In this document: piece by piece, positions 10,395 through 19,749 of the stretch | How the letters are laid out: each line of letters starts with the position of its first letter | Numbering within the stretch: position 1 is the first letter of the stretch | Source of the DNA: an uncultured archaeon | Lineage (GTDB): Archaea > Thermoproteota > Bathyarchaeia > TCS64 | DNA: 64,000 nt | Reading direction: 5' to 3' | NCBI GenBank assembly: GCA_938048735.1 | Contig: CALIUM010000024.1 | Coordinates: forward strand, 1,478-65,477 | The notes under the pieces: model-generated | Database searches by the model: none | Told to the model about the DNA's origin: nothing | Seen by the model: the letters and a program-made list of their open reading frames with translations, nothing else | Made by a program: the position numbers and the translations under genes

Positions 10395-10705
10395 ACTTCA
10401 TCGGAAGTCCCCATCCGTAGGGGTAGGTGAAAGCCGTGGGTGGTCTTATTTTCCCCTTTCCGTGATAGTTGCATTTGCATGGCCGGGAGAGCCGGCTGAC
10501 CCATGACATCAGATGGGCCGAAATCAAGACTGCGGAGGTCTCGGCCTCCGTAACCAATCCTCAGGAGAGGCCCGAAGAAAATTCTCCACCGACGGGAGAT
10601 CGCGCCTTGGATATGTGGAGGGTCGAGCGCGGCCGCTGAAGTAGGAAGCAGCCTGTGAAAGCTGGTGGTAGTTCACTTAAAGGGTCATCCTAATTAGCCG
10701 TGCTG
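10395..10705 (+). ncRNA. Candidate structured ncRNA in a 365-nt gene-free interval; carries both SRP-RNA helix-8-like and RNase-P CR-I-like motifs
   Basis: GUAGGAAGCAGCC (10643-10655) resembles the conserved SRP helix-8 GGAAGCAGCC. GGAAGUCCCCAUCCGUAGGGGUAGGUGAAAG (10403-10433) resembles RNase P CR-I GGAAAGUCCGGGCUCCAUAGGGCAGGGUG. Several GC-rich hairpins are present. Strand and identity are not resolved. Confidence 0.3.
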
Positions 10706-11760
10706 TTGGGAAGATAATCTCTCAGGGCCTCTCTATATCCATAGTGGAAGCTGAAGACTGAGGAGAGTAGGAGTTCGAGCCAGTAGGTGACCAGCCTTGT
10801 CAGGAGAGATATTGCTGAGGCTACTTGTAGGGGGGCTCCTATCAGAAGGAGGGCCCCTGTAAGGCCTGCGTCTATTACGCCCACCCCTCCGGGTATGATG
10901 ATGTTTAGCTGCTGGATGAATTCGACGACCGCGTAGACGAGGAAGATCTCCGCCACATCCAGCCTCTGTCCTAGGGAGAGGGCGACTAGGTATGTGGCGA
11001 CGGAGCCCGAACTCCAGTGGAGGGCTACTAGGATTAGAGCCAATATGCTGGGGATGGTTCTGGACTTCAGACAGTTCACCGCCCCCCCCATCTCTTCTAC
11101 GAACCTTTGGATGTGATCCCTTACATCACCGATTCTCTTAGGGCCCATGGGGATGAGCCTTATCAACCTATATGGCATATGAGCTTGAAGCCATCTGAGA
11201 AATCTGGAGGAGAGAAGGGCCAGGAATATGAGGCTTGAGGCTGCGGCATAGACCACGACGAACAGGATGAGTAGGCTGTTCACGGGTATCTCCCTCCCAC
11301 GGGTCAATACCAGTATGGCCGAGGAGGCTATTAAGACCCCGAAGGATATATTGTACATAGATTTATGGACGACTACGGAGGTCACAGCCCTTCCGACCCC
11401 AGGGTTACCCCTCTTGCTGATCAGGTAGGCCCTTATGATCTCCGAGCCCATGGGGAGGGGGATCAGCCAGACGATGAAGAAGCTAACAAAGGTTACCCTT
11501 ATAGCCTCCCATGGGCCCGGATCAGTTTCCATGCCCCTCAGGATGATGTACCAGGAGAGGGCGAAGAGCAGTAGGCCTATGTTATTCACCGCCACGGCTA
11601 TAAGGAATAATTCTGGGCGGAATCTGCCAGCCTTTAAAAGGATGCTGAAGGGGTTGGAAAGCGCTAGGTAGAAGGCGAAGAGGATCAACCCTGCGGTGAG
11701 GAAAATTAGGCGTGGCCTCCTACCCAACAATCCCAACCACTGCCAAAAATAGCAGCTCAA
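10690..11760 (-). CDS. UPF0104 / flippase-like (lysylphosphatidylglycerol-synthase TM region-like) integral membrane protein
   Basis: 356 aa with about 8 TM helices and the family-typical GGVGVIDAG motif. Confidence 0.65.
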   Translation of the reverse strand: MSCYFWQWLGLLGRRPRLIFLTAGLILFAFYLALSNPFSILLKAGRFRPELFLIAVAVNNIGLLLFALSWYIILRGMETDPGPWEAIRVTFVSFFIVWLIPLPMGSEIIRAYLISKRGNPGVGRAVTSVVVHKSMYNISFGVLIASSAILVLTRGREIPVNSLLILFVVVYAAASSLIFLALLSSRFLRWLQAHMPYRLIRLIPMGPKRIGDVRDHIQRFVEEMGGAVNCLKSRTIPSILALILVALHWSSGSVATYLVALSLGQRLDVAEIFLVYAVVEFIQQLNIIIPGGVGVIDAGLTGALLLIGAPLQVASAISLLTRLVTYWLELLLSSVFSFHYGYREALRDYLPNSTAN

Positions 11761-11910
11761 TTAGATAAAAACCCTGATCCCCCATCAAAAGTCATATTAT
11801 TGAAAAAAAATCGCGAATCCGGAGCCCCCGTCTACAGCATAAACCTAACCCCTCCGAAGTAGTAGCCCCGATGCCATGGGAGCCCATTTTATTTACATGG
11901 ATATTTCTGA

Positions 11911-11933
11911 ACTCATATATTATTCATATGAGT
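11911..11933. promoter_or_regulatory. Inverted repeat ACTCATAT-N7-ATATGAGT in a divergent promoter region
   Basis: Perfect 8-bp arms in the 309-nt intergenic region between the flippase-like gene and rimI. A CCCCTTCAGGGGGG hairpin lies nearby (11962-11975). Confidence 0.3.
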
Positions 11934-12069
11934 AACCCTCATCTTCTAAGAACATCCTGAAATCCCCTTCAGGGGGGATCTTATCCTAAAAACTTGGCCT
12001 AGGCTGGATATAAGCGAGGCTCCTAGAATATTTTAAAGAGGTGATGAGCATCCTTATCTATGAGTAAAC

Positions 12070-12537
12070 TTGAAGGTGAAGATCAGATCTTTCAGGGAGG
12101 AGGACCTTGAAGGTATCATTCGGATTGAGAGGCTTTCATTCAAGGATCCCTGGCCACAAACCTTCTTCAGTTATATTTCCAGAAAGGCTCCAGACCTCTT
12201 CCTAGTGGCTGAGGAAGAGGGGGTTATTCTTGGATATGTGATAGGCGAGGTGAGGGAGGTCATGCTCAGCGGTCTACCCCATAGGCTGAAGATGGGCCAT
12301 ATCGTGAATATAGCCGTTGCGCCTGAGAGGAGGAGGAGTGGGATAGGCTCCATGCTCATGTCGGAGGTTGAGAGAAGGTTTATGGAGAGGAAGGCGACTA
12401 GGTCGACCCTCGAGGTTAGGGAATCCAACAGCACGGCACGCTCGTTCTACAAGAACTTGGGATATGAGGAGACGGGGAGGGTTAGGGCCTACTACCTAGA
12501 CGAGGACGCTATCATCATGACAAAGAGCCTTGCTTAA
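12070..12537 (+). CDS. rimI: GNAT N-acetyltransferase, RimI-like (ribosomal protein N-acetyltransferase)
   Basis: 155 aa with acetyl-CoA binding motif RRRSGIGSMLM. Confidence 0.75.
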   Translation: MKVKIRSFREEDLEGIIRIERLSFKDPWPQTFFSYISRKAPDLFLVAEEEGVILGYVIGEVREVMLSGLPHRLKMGHIVNIAVAPERRRSGIGSMLMSEVERRFMERKATRSTLEVRESNSTARSFYKNLGYEETGRVRAYYLDEDAIIMTKSLA

Positions 12538-12646
12538 CCTTTATACTCAGGGCTGGCTAGAGGGTTTCGAATCGAGAGGTAATGGTTGGGTTTATATCCT
12601 CCCTCTCTGAACTCGGAGTTATTGGAGCGCTCCTGGGAGGGGTATC

Positions 12647-13702
12647 TTGATAAGGATAGCTTTAGCTGGGGTTGGGAACTGCTGCTCAGCTCTAATCCAG
12701 GGTTTGCACCATTACAGGATGACAGAGAACCCCTTAGGCCTTATCCATGAGGTCTTGGGGGGCTACAGGGCCTCTGATATCGAGGTCGTAGCGGCCTTCG
12801 ACATAGACCGAAGAAAGGTTGGGAGAGACCTCTCCGAAGCCGTCTTCGCAGGCCCTAACACCGTACCCCGCATGGTTGATCTCCCGCACCTAGGAGTGAC
12901 CGTGTTGAGGGGGCCCGTCCTAGACGGCCTCGGTCCTCTCACTAAGAACCTAATAGAGGTCGAGGGGCTTGAGGGTTTTTCAAACATAGCTGAGGAGCTT
13001 GAGAGGCGTGAGGTGGACCTTCTCATAAACCTTATCTCCGGGGGCGCCGAGCAGGCCTCTGAGTATTATGCGGGGGCTGCGTTGGAGGCTGGATGTGCCT
13101 TCATAAACGCAACCCCTGCGGAGATAGCCTGCGATACCTCCTGGGCCCAGAGGTTTGAGGAGGCCGGGCTTCCGCTAATAGGTGACGACCTCCTAGATCA
13201 GGTTGGAGCAACCGCAGTCCATATGGGGATATTGGAGTTCCTGAATAGAAGGGGCGTCCATATAGATGAGAGCTACCAGCTTGATGTGGGTGGGGGAATG
13301 GAGTCCCTCGACACGCTCGGAAGAACCAAAGAGTTCAAGAGGAGGGTGAAGACAGGGGCTGTATCTTCATCAATTCCCTACAATTTTCCGCTTGTTTCCG
13401 GTTCAACCGACTATGTGGACTTCTTGGAGGATAAGAGGGAGAGCTTCCTTTGGGTGAAGGGGAGATACTTCTCAGGAGCTGAGTTCACCATGGATATCAA
13501 GATGACCACAAGGGATGCCCCAAACGCCGGTGCGGTGCTCATAGACGTGATTCGGGCGACGAAACTAGCCATGGAGAGAGGGATCGGGGGGGTTATCACG
13601 CCTATAGCCGCCTATGGATTCAAGAGGAGCCCGAAGAGATATCCGCTAACGGAGGCCCAGGGGCTCTTCGAGAGATTCGTAGAAGAGCTGGGTGGGGGCT
13701 AG
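12647..13702 (+). CDS. myo-Inositol-1-phosphate synthase (archaeal MIPS)
   Basis: 351 aa with N-terminal Rossmann IALAGVGNC and the MIPS catalytic domain pattern. Confidence 0.8.
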   Translation: MIRIALAGVGNCCSALIQGLHHYRMTENPLGLIHEVLGGYRASDIEVVAAFDIDRRKVGRDLSEAVFAGPNTVPRMVDLPHLGVTVLRGPVLDGLGPLTKNLIEVEGLEGFSNIAEELERREVDLLINLISGGAEQASEYYAGAALEAGCAFINATPAEIACDTSWAQRFEEAGLPLIGDDLLDQVGATAVHMGILEFLNRRGVHIDESYQLDVGGGMESLDTLGRTKEFKRRVKTGAVSSSIPYNFPLVSGSTDYVDFLEDKRESFLWVKGRYFSGAEFTMDIKMTTRDAPNAGAVLIDVIRATKLAMERGIGGVITPIAAYGFKRSPKRYPLTEAQGLFERFVEELGGG

Positions 13703-14464
13703 TTGAACTTAATATTCATTCTTGGAACTGCGGGCTCTGGGAAGTCTGAACTCACGGGCTCCTTCACGAGCTGGCTTGAACAGCAGGGGGAGGATGTCAT
13801 CTCGGTTAACCTAGACCCGGGTGCCATCACCCTACCCTACTCGCCGAGCGTCAGCGTCAGGGACTACGTTAAAGTGGAGGAGGTGATGGAGGAGTACTGC
13901 TTAGGACCTAACGGTGGATTAATGCTTGCCTGCGACATGATCATAGACGTTATCGATGAGATATACAGGGAGATCCAGGAGTTCGTACCAGAGGTCGTCC
14001 TCATAGATACCCCTGGCCAGTTGGAGCTCTTCGCCTTCAGGGATACCGGCGCGAGGATAGCTGAGAAGCTCGCAGAGGAATCCAAGGCCATCATATACCT
14101 CTTCGACTCGGTGTTCTGCCGAGACCCCCTGAACTATGTGATGAACATGTTCATAGCCTCGGCGATCAACACCCGCTTCCTCCTACCCCAAGTCTCAGCC
14201 TTATCAAAAGTGGACCTTCTCTCCGAGGAGGAGATCGAGGGGATAATAGGGTGGGGGGAAGACCCCCTGCTCCTAGAGGCTGCTATAGACTCGAGGCTGG
14301 AAGGGGTCGACAGGATCCTGAGCCAGGATACGATGGATATAATCAACAGGCTTGGCCTCGAGTTCAATCCTATTCCAATATCATCAAGAACCTATGAGGG
14401 GTTCAGCTGGTTATACTCTGAACTCGCAAGGATTCTAACCCGAGGAGAGAAGTTCACCCAGTGA
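13703..14464 (+). CDS. GPN-loop GTPase
   Basis: P-loop GTAGSGKS, the GPN motif LGPNGG, and the GTP-specificity motif SKVD. Confidence 0.85.
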   Translation: MNLIFILGTAGSGKSELTGSFTSWLEQQGEDVISVNLDPGAITLPYSPSVSVRDYVKVEEVMEEYCLGPNGGLMLACDMIIDVIDEIYREIQEFVPEVVLIDTPGQLELFAFRDTGARIAEKLAEESKAIIYLFDSVFCRDPLNYVMNMFIASAINTRFLLPQVSALSKVDLLSEEEIEGIIGWGEDPLLLEAAIDSRLEGVDRILSQDTMDIINRLGLEFNPIPISSRTYEGFSWLYSELARILTRGEKFTQ

Positions 14465-14630
14465 AGCTATGAAGCTAAAATGACCAAGGATAGTCCAGAA
14501 ATCCCCGAGGGTTCTTTAGGAGGTAGGCCTTTAAGGGCCTAGGTTTTGAAGCTTGTTAAAGGGTTTCTGACCCTTAATAGAGGATGATTCAACAATGTTT
14601 TAAGCTTCTTGAACATCTATAATTGGGGAT

Positions 14631-15614
14631 GTGAATATGACCTTATATCTCACCTTGGAAGAGGTCAGATCCCTCCTCGATATGAAAGGGGCGATCGACG
14701 CTGTGGAGTCCAGCTTCAAGGAGATGGGACTTGGAAACATAGAGATGCCTCCGAGAGTATACCTCCACTTCGAGAAGTACAACGGCGTCATGATAGCTAT
14801 GCCAGCCTACATAAAGACCCTCGACGCAGCTGGCTTGAAGGTGGTCACGGTCCACCCCGAGAACCCCACAAAGCATAAACTGCCAGCCGTTATAGCCAGG
14901 ATAATTCTTAATGATCCCTCTAAAGGCGAGCCACTGGCCATAATGGATGGAACCTATATAACCGCCATGAGGACCGGGGCCGCCGGGGCTGTTGGGATAA
15001 AGTATCTCGCTAGGAGAGACGCTAAGACCGCTGGGATAATAGGGCTGGGGGTTCAAGGTCGATCCCAGCTCCTCGGCCTGAAGGAGGTTAGAGATATAGA
15101 GCTGGTGAAGGTTTATGATATCATCCCAGCAGCTAAGAAGGCATTTGTGGACTCGATGTCTAGGGAGGTGGGCGTCGATATCCAGCCCGTTAACTCGGTT
15201 CAAGAGGCCGCGGAGGGCTCCGATATCGTCATAACCTGCACTCCCTCAACTAAGCCCTTCCTCACCGGGGAGATGATCATGGAGGGGGTTCACATCTCAG
15301 CGATAGGCGCAGACACGTCGGCTAAGAGGGAACTCGACACAAGCGTCTTGAAGAAGGCCGATAAAATAGTTGTGGACTTTAGGGACCAGGCCTTCGTCGT
15401 GGGAGACTTCGCGGAGCCCCTTAGAGAGGGAGCCATCAGGAGGGAGGATGTATACGCGGAGCTAGGAGAGATCGTGATTGGAAAGAAGCCGGGGAGAACC
15501 AGTGAAGACGAGATCACCCTATTCAAGGCCACCGGCCTGGCCATACAGGATGTCGGAACAGCCTTCAGGGTATACAAGCTAGCAAAGGAGAGAGGGATCG
15601 GAAGGGAGATCTAG
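14631..15614 (+). CDS. Ornithine cyclodeaminase / mu-crystallin family protein (archaeal alanine dehydrogenase-like)
   Basis: 327 aa with Rossmann GIIGLGVQG and OCD family pattern. Confidence 0.8.
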   Translation: MNMTLYLTLEEVRSLLDMKGAIDAVESSFKEMGLGNIEMPPRVYLHFEKYNGVMIAMPAYIKTLDAAGLKVVTVHPENPTKHKLPAVIARIILNDPSKGEPLAIMDGTYITAMRTGAAGAVGIKYLARRDAKTAGIIGLGVQGRSQLLGLKEVRDIELVKVYDIIPAAKKAFVDSMSREVGVDIQPVNSVQEAAEGSDIVITCTPSTKPFLTGEMIMEGVHISAIGADTSAKRELDTSVLKKADKIVVDFRDQAFVVGDFAEPLREGAIRREDVYAELGEIVIGKKPGRTSEDEITLFKATGLAIQDVGTAFRVYKLAKERGIGREI

Positions 15615-15636
15615 AACCAGAGGATTTTACCTTTTT

Positions 15637-17166
15637 TCACATCGGCATATTCCCATGCTTCTTACCTGGATAGCGTCTAACCCTCTTACCGCTGAGGGCG
15701 GAGAGGCTGGCGATAAGCCTCTCCCTGATCTCGTCCGGCTCTATGACATCGTCGATGAATCCAAGTCTAGCCGCCTGGTAGGGATTCAAGAACTCCCTCC
15801 TATACCGGTCTACAAGCTCCCCCCTCCTACTTGGGTCTTCCGCAAGCTCACGCCTATAGAGGATCTCGACAGCAGCCTCAGCCCCTAAAACCGCTATCTC
15901 GGCGCTGGGCAGGGCGTAAACAATATCCGCGCCCAGATGTTTGCTCCCCAGCGCTATATATGCCCCGCCATAGGATTTCCTAAGGATTATGGTTATCTTA
16001 GGAACAGTCGCCTCCGCGTAGGCATATATGACCTTCGCCCCGTGCCGGATTATTCCACCCCTCTCCTGGTCAAGCCCAGGGAGGTATCCGGGCACATCCT
16101 GGAAGGTTATTATCGGTATGTTGAAGGCGTCGCAGGTTGCCACGAACCTAGCCACCTTATCCGATGAGTCTATGCTCATGCATCCAGCCATAACCCTAGG
16201 CTGAGAGGCGACCACACCCACACTCCTCCCCATGAGCCTTGCGAACCCGACGACCACATTCTCAGCGTATGCGGGCTGGATCTCGAAGAAGCTGCCCCTA
16301 TCGAAGACCCCAGAAATTAAGGCCCTCACATCGTAGGACCTCCTCGGATCCTCTGGGATGATGCCCTCAAGGCTTGGAACCTCAGGCTCCACGGCCTCGT
16401 AGATGGGTGGATCCCCCAGGTTATTCTGGGGTAAATATCCCAGGAGGCGGCGTACTGCGGTAAAGCAGGCCTCCTCAGAGTCCAAGACGAGGGAGGCGAC
16501 CCCGCTAAGGGTGGAGTGGACGTCAGCCCCACCGAGAGCCTGCTCGTCGACCTCCTCTCCCGTGACCTCCTTGACAACCCTTGGGCCGGTTACGAACATC
16601 GTGCTTATCCCTCTGACCATTATTATGAAGTCCATCAGGGCGGGGGAGTACGTGGCGCCTCCGGCTGTGGGCCCAGCTATCACAGCTATTTGAGGGATGA
16701 CGCCGGAAGCTGCAACATTCCTCCTGAATATCTCCCCATACCCCGCGAGGGAGGCAACACCCTCCTGGATCCTCGCTCCACCGGAGTCGTGGAAACCTAT
16801 CACCGGGGCTCCAACCTCAAGGGCAAGGTCGAGGACCTGGCAGATCCTCTTCGCATGCATCTCACCAAGGGAGCCACCCATGAAGCTGAAGTCCTGGGAG
16901 TAGACGAAGACCCTCCTTCCGTCGATGAAGCCGAAGCCCGTGACAACACCATCCCCACTCCTCCTCCTGCCCTCCATGCCGAAGGATGTAACCCTATGCT
17001 CAATGAATCTATCCAGCTCGACGAAGCTCCCTGGATCAAGAAGCCTCTCCACACGCTCCCACGCGGATAGTTTGCCCCTCCTGTGCTGGCTCTCCGAAGC
17101 CTCTAAAGCGATCCTCCTCAGCTCCCCCCTCCTACGTCTCAGCTCATCGAGAGTCTCATCGGCCAA
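15637..17166 (-). CDS. Acyl-CoA carboxylase carboxyltransferase subunit (PccB/AccD family)
   Basis: Tandem carboxyltransferase domains. The track ORF runs to 17304 but has no in-frame ATG upstream of the conserved N-terminus. A TTG at 17164-17166 gives MADETLDELRRRRGEL..., with TATA (AGTTATAT) at about -25. Confidence 0.85.
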   Translation of the reverse strand: MADETLDELRRRRGELRRIALEASESQHRRGKLSAWERVERLLDPGSFVELDRFIEHRVTSFGMEGRRRSGDGVVTGFGFIDGRRVFVYSQDFSFMGGSLGEMHAKRICQVLDLALEVGAPVIGFHDSGGARIQEGVASLAGYGEIFRRNVAASGVIPQIAVIAGPTAGGATYSPALMDFIIMVRGISTMFVTGPRVVKEVTGEEVDEQALGGADVHSTLSGVASLVLDSEEACFTAVRRLLGYLPQNNLGDPPIYEAVEPEVPSLEGIIPEDPRRSYDVRALISGVFDRGSFFEIQPAYAENVVVGFARLMGRSVGVVASQPRVMAGCMSIDSSDKVARFVATCDAFNIPIITFQDVPGYLPGLDQERGGIIRHGAKVIYAYAEATVPKITIILRKSYGGAYIALGSKHLGADIVYALPSAEIAVLGAEAAVEILYRRELAEDPSRRGELVDRYRREFLNPYQAARLGFIDDVIEPDEIRERLIASLSALSGKRVRRYPGKKHGNMPM

Positions 17167-17446
17167 AGTAGACCCCTTAATACCAATATAACTATTATCA
17201 AATATTAAATTTAGATCCCTCTTAATTGTAAGCCTTGGATAGCTTTTAGCATAAAATTTTTGTTTATGATTTGTGGAAATCATTAAGATTAAGCTTTTTC
17301 TCAACTAAAAGCCTCATAATTTTTATTCTTCAATAAAAGTTAGCTCAGTCCTCTATGCCCTATCAGCCAGCTGCCTGGCCTGAAGCCATTTCCAAATCTT
17401 AGAACCCAGGCGATCATGATGAAGATATATAACCTTTGAGGCGAAG

Positions 17447-18625
17447 ATGTTTTTAGATTCTATGGCGACCTTGAGAGAGCTGGCATTTTCGGAGATAAGG
17501 GAGCTCATCCACCCCCATAGAACCGTCTTCTCCTCTAAGGATCCGGCTTCCAAGGTTCTCGGGGAGTTGAAGGAGACGGGAAGATACGAGGCAGTAGTCA
17601 GGTCGAATGGAAAGATTGGGCTCGTGACTGTGAGGGATCTCCTCGGAGTCGACCAGCCTGAGCAGACCAAGATAGACAGGATATGGAGGATCACGGGTTC
17701 GGTCTCACCCACCATCACCTTGGCGGAGTTTGCCAGGTTGTTGATAAGGAACAATGTAAGAGCTATGCCGGTTTCCGAGAATGGGGAGATTCTCGGATGT
17801 GTCTCCCAGGTAGATGTGATGGGCGCCCTTACAAACGCGGAGGAGCTTGAAGGACTCCCGGTGAAGGGGTTGATGAGGAGGCCTGTCGACTCGCTGGATG
17901 TGAACGAGAGGATCTCCCTAGCAAGGAGAATAATGCTTGAACGGGGATTCAGCCATATACCCGTAGTCGAGTATGGTAGGTTGGTGGGCATCGTCACGGC
18001 CGAGATCATAGTGCACCACTTCATAACCCCAATCCAAAGGCCCACAAGGGGAGAGAGGATAGGGGAGAGGGTTGGTAGGTTCCCAGGAGTGGTTGGTGGG
18101 ATAATGGATATACATCCTCTAACAGCAGAGCCCGAATCCTCAGTTCTCGAAGTCGTCCGGGGCCTTACAGGCCAGGGAAAGAGCGCCTGCATCATCGTCG
18201 ACAAGGAGAGAGCCATCTTGGGGATTGTGACCCCGAGGGAGCTTTTGACGCCCCTAGCCGGAATCATAGAGGAGAAAGGCCCACCAGTATACATAATGGG
18301 GATCTCGGAGGAGGACTTTTTCGAGAAAGGAGTTGTGGAGGAGAAGGTTAGGAGGGCTTTGAAGAGGGGCATGAAGATGCATCCTCACATAAACGAGATC
18401 TCGATAAGGGTGAAGAGCTTCAAGGAGGAGGGTAGCAGGAAGAGATATGAGTTAAGAGCTAGGATTCTTAGCCCCACAGAGCAATTCACGGCTGAGGCCG
18501 CTGACTGGGAGCTCATGACAGCCTTCGACAAACTATGTGACAGGATCGATAGAGTCCTCTCCGACCTGAAACATGAACCTCAGAGGACCAGGGCGAGGAG
18601 AACCAACCCAAGTTTAAGGGGTTAA
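17447..18625 (+). CDS. Four-CBS-domain protein fused to a C-terminal HPF/RaiA-like (ribosome hibernation factor-like) domain
   Basis: CBS pairs span residues ~60-290. The last ~100 aa (ISEEDFFEKGVVEEKVRRAL ... ISIRVKSF ... YELRARI ... FTAEAADWELMTAFDKLCDRIDRVLSDLK) follow the HPF/YfiA beta-alpha-beta-beta-beta-alpha pattern (compare ...HASAEGQDMYAAIDGLIDKLARQL). Confidence 0.65.
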   Translation: MFLDSMATLRELAFSEIRELIHPHRTVFSSKDPASKVLGELKETGRYEAVVRSNGKIGLVTVRDLLGVDQPEQTKIDRIWRITGSVSPTITLAEFARLLIRNNVRAMPVSENGEILGCVSQVDVMGALTNAEELEGLPVKGLMRRPVDSLDVNERISLARRIMLERGFSHIPVVEYGRLVGIVTAEIIVHHFITPIQRPTRGERIGERVGRFPGVVGGIMDIHPLTAEPESSVLEVVRGLTGQGKSACIIVDKERAILGIVTPRELLTPLAGIIEEKGPPVYIMGISEEDFFEKGVVEEKVRRALKRGMKMHPHINEISIRVKSFKEEGSRKRYELRARILSPTEQFTAEAADWELMTAFDKLCDRIDRVLSDLKHEPQRTRARRTNPSLRG

Positions 18626-18669
18626 GCCTTTCATAAATTCATTTAAGAAAATCATTCATCAGGGAGCAA

Positions 18670-19641
18670 TTGGGTCAGGTGAAAACCTTGAAGTTCACCG
18701 TCTTGGTGACGGAGCCTATCCATCCCGACGGGATCAGGTTGATGGAGGAGAAAGGCCTAAACGTGATATCCCTCCAACCCGGCTCCGAGGAGAAGGACCT
18801 ATTGAGGGAGGTGATTGAGGCGGACGCCCTGGTGACTAGGGGAGGGTTAAGGGTAACTAGGGAGGCCATGACGGCCTCGAGGAGGTTGAGGGCCATAGGG
18901 GTGCACGGCGTGGGAGTCGACCATATAGATCTCCAGGCTGCGAGAGAGCTGGGTATAGTGATATTCAACACCCCAACAGCGCTAACCGAGACTGTCGCGG
19001 AGATGACCATAACCCTTATGCTGAGTTTGATGAGGAGGATCGTCCAAGCTGATAAAGCGGTACGCTGTGGACAGTGGAACCGCAAGTATACCGACCTTAT
19101 TGGAACGGAGCTCATGGGTAAGACGGTCGGGATAATCGGCCTCGGAAGAATAGGGTCAGCTGTAGCTCGAAGGCTAAGCTCCTTCGGGGTGAGGATGCTA
19201 TACTACGACCTCCAAGATAGGAGGGATCTAGAATCCGAGCTAGGGATCCGGAAGGTCAGCCTTAATGAGCTCCTTAAGGGAAGTGATATAATATCAATCC
19301 ATCTCCCATTAACCTCGGAAACCAGGGGCCTCATCTCAAAGAGCGAGTTCGACCTCATGAAGGAGGGCGTATACATTGTAAACACAGCGAGAGGCGGGAT
19401 CCTCGTAGAGAAAGACCTAATAGAGGCCCTGAGATCCGGAAGGATCTCCGGAGCAGCTCTTGATGTCTTCGAGGCGGAGCCCTTGGGGTTGGAAAGCCCC
19501 CTCACCCAGATGGATAATGTTATCCTCACCCCCCATCTAGCGGCCAGCAGCACTGAGGCCATGAGGAGAATGGCCCTCGAGGTTGCAGAAGGCATCATAA
19601 AGGTCTCAAGGGGGGAGAAACCCCCCAACATGGTTACATAA
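18670..19641 (+). CDS. D-isomer-specific 2-hydroxyacid dehydrogenase (glyoxylate/hydroxypyruvate reductase or PGDH family)
   Basis: NAD-binding GIIGLGRIGSAVA and catalytic R/E/H triad region. Confidence 0.85.
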   Translation: MGQVKTLKFTVLVTEPIHPDGIRLMEEKGLNVISLQPGSEEKDLLREVIEADALVTRGGLRVTREAMTASRRLRAIGVHGVGVDHIDLQAARELGIVIFNTPTALTETVAEMTITLMLSLMRRIVQADKAVRCGQWNRKYTDLIGTELMGKTVGIIGLGRIGSAVARRLSSFGVRMLYYDLQDRRDLESELGIRKVSLNELLKGSDIISIHLPLTSETRGLISKSEFDLMKEGVYIVNTARGGILVEKDLIEALRSGRISGAALDVFEAEPLGLESPLTQMDNVILTPHLAASSTEAMRRMALEVAEGIIKVSRGEKPPNMVT

Positions 19642-19749
19642 AAATTAAAATTGAAGTCAAGGACATAGGGCTTGTCCAAGATGAGCCCACATTATTTGAA
19701 ACCCTTGAAACCTTAGTTTTTTAAGCTTGAATAATTAAAAAGAGGGATC

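Noticed and set aside
10360-10557. 65-aa ORF inside the candidate structured-RNA interval
   Set aside because: No start context or recognisable family. The region carries conserved RNA-like motifs and GC-rich hairpins, so a non-coding function is more plausible.
12763-13026. Antisense ORFs within the inositol-phosphate synthase and GPN GTPase genes (for example 12763-13026, 13864-14094, 14134-14367)
   Set aside because: Shadow ORFs on the opposite strand of well-supported genes.
17353-18372. 339-aa ORF antisense to the CBS-domain gene
   Set aside because: Low-complexity S/T/P-rich translation of the opposite strand of a GC-rich gene with an excellent sense-strand homolog. Typical shadow ORF.
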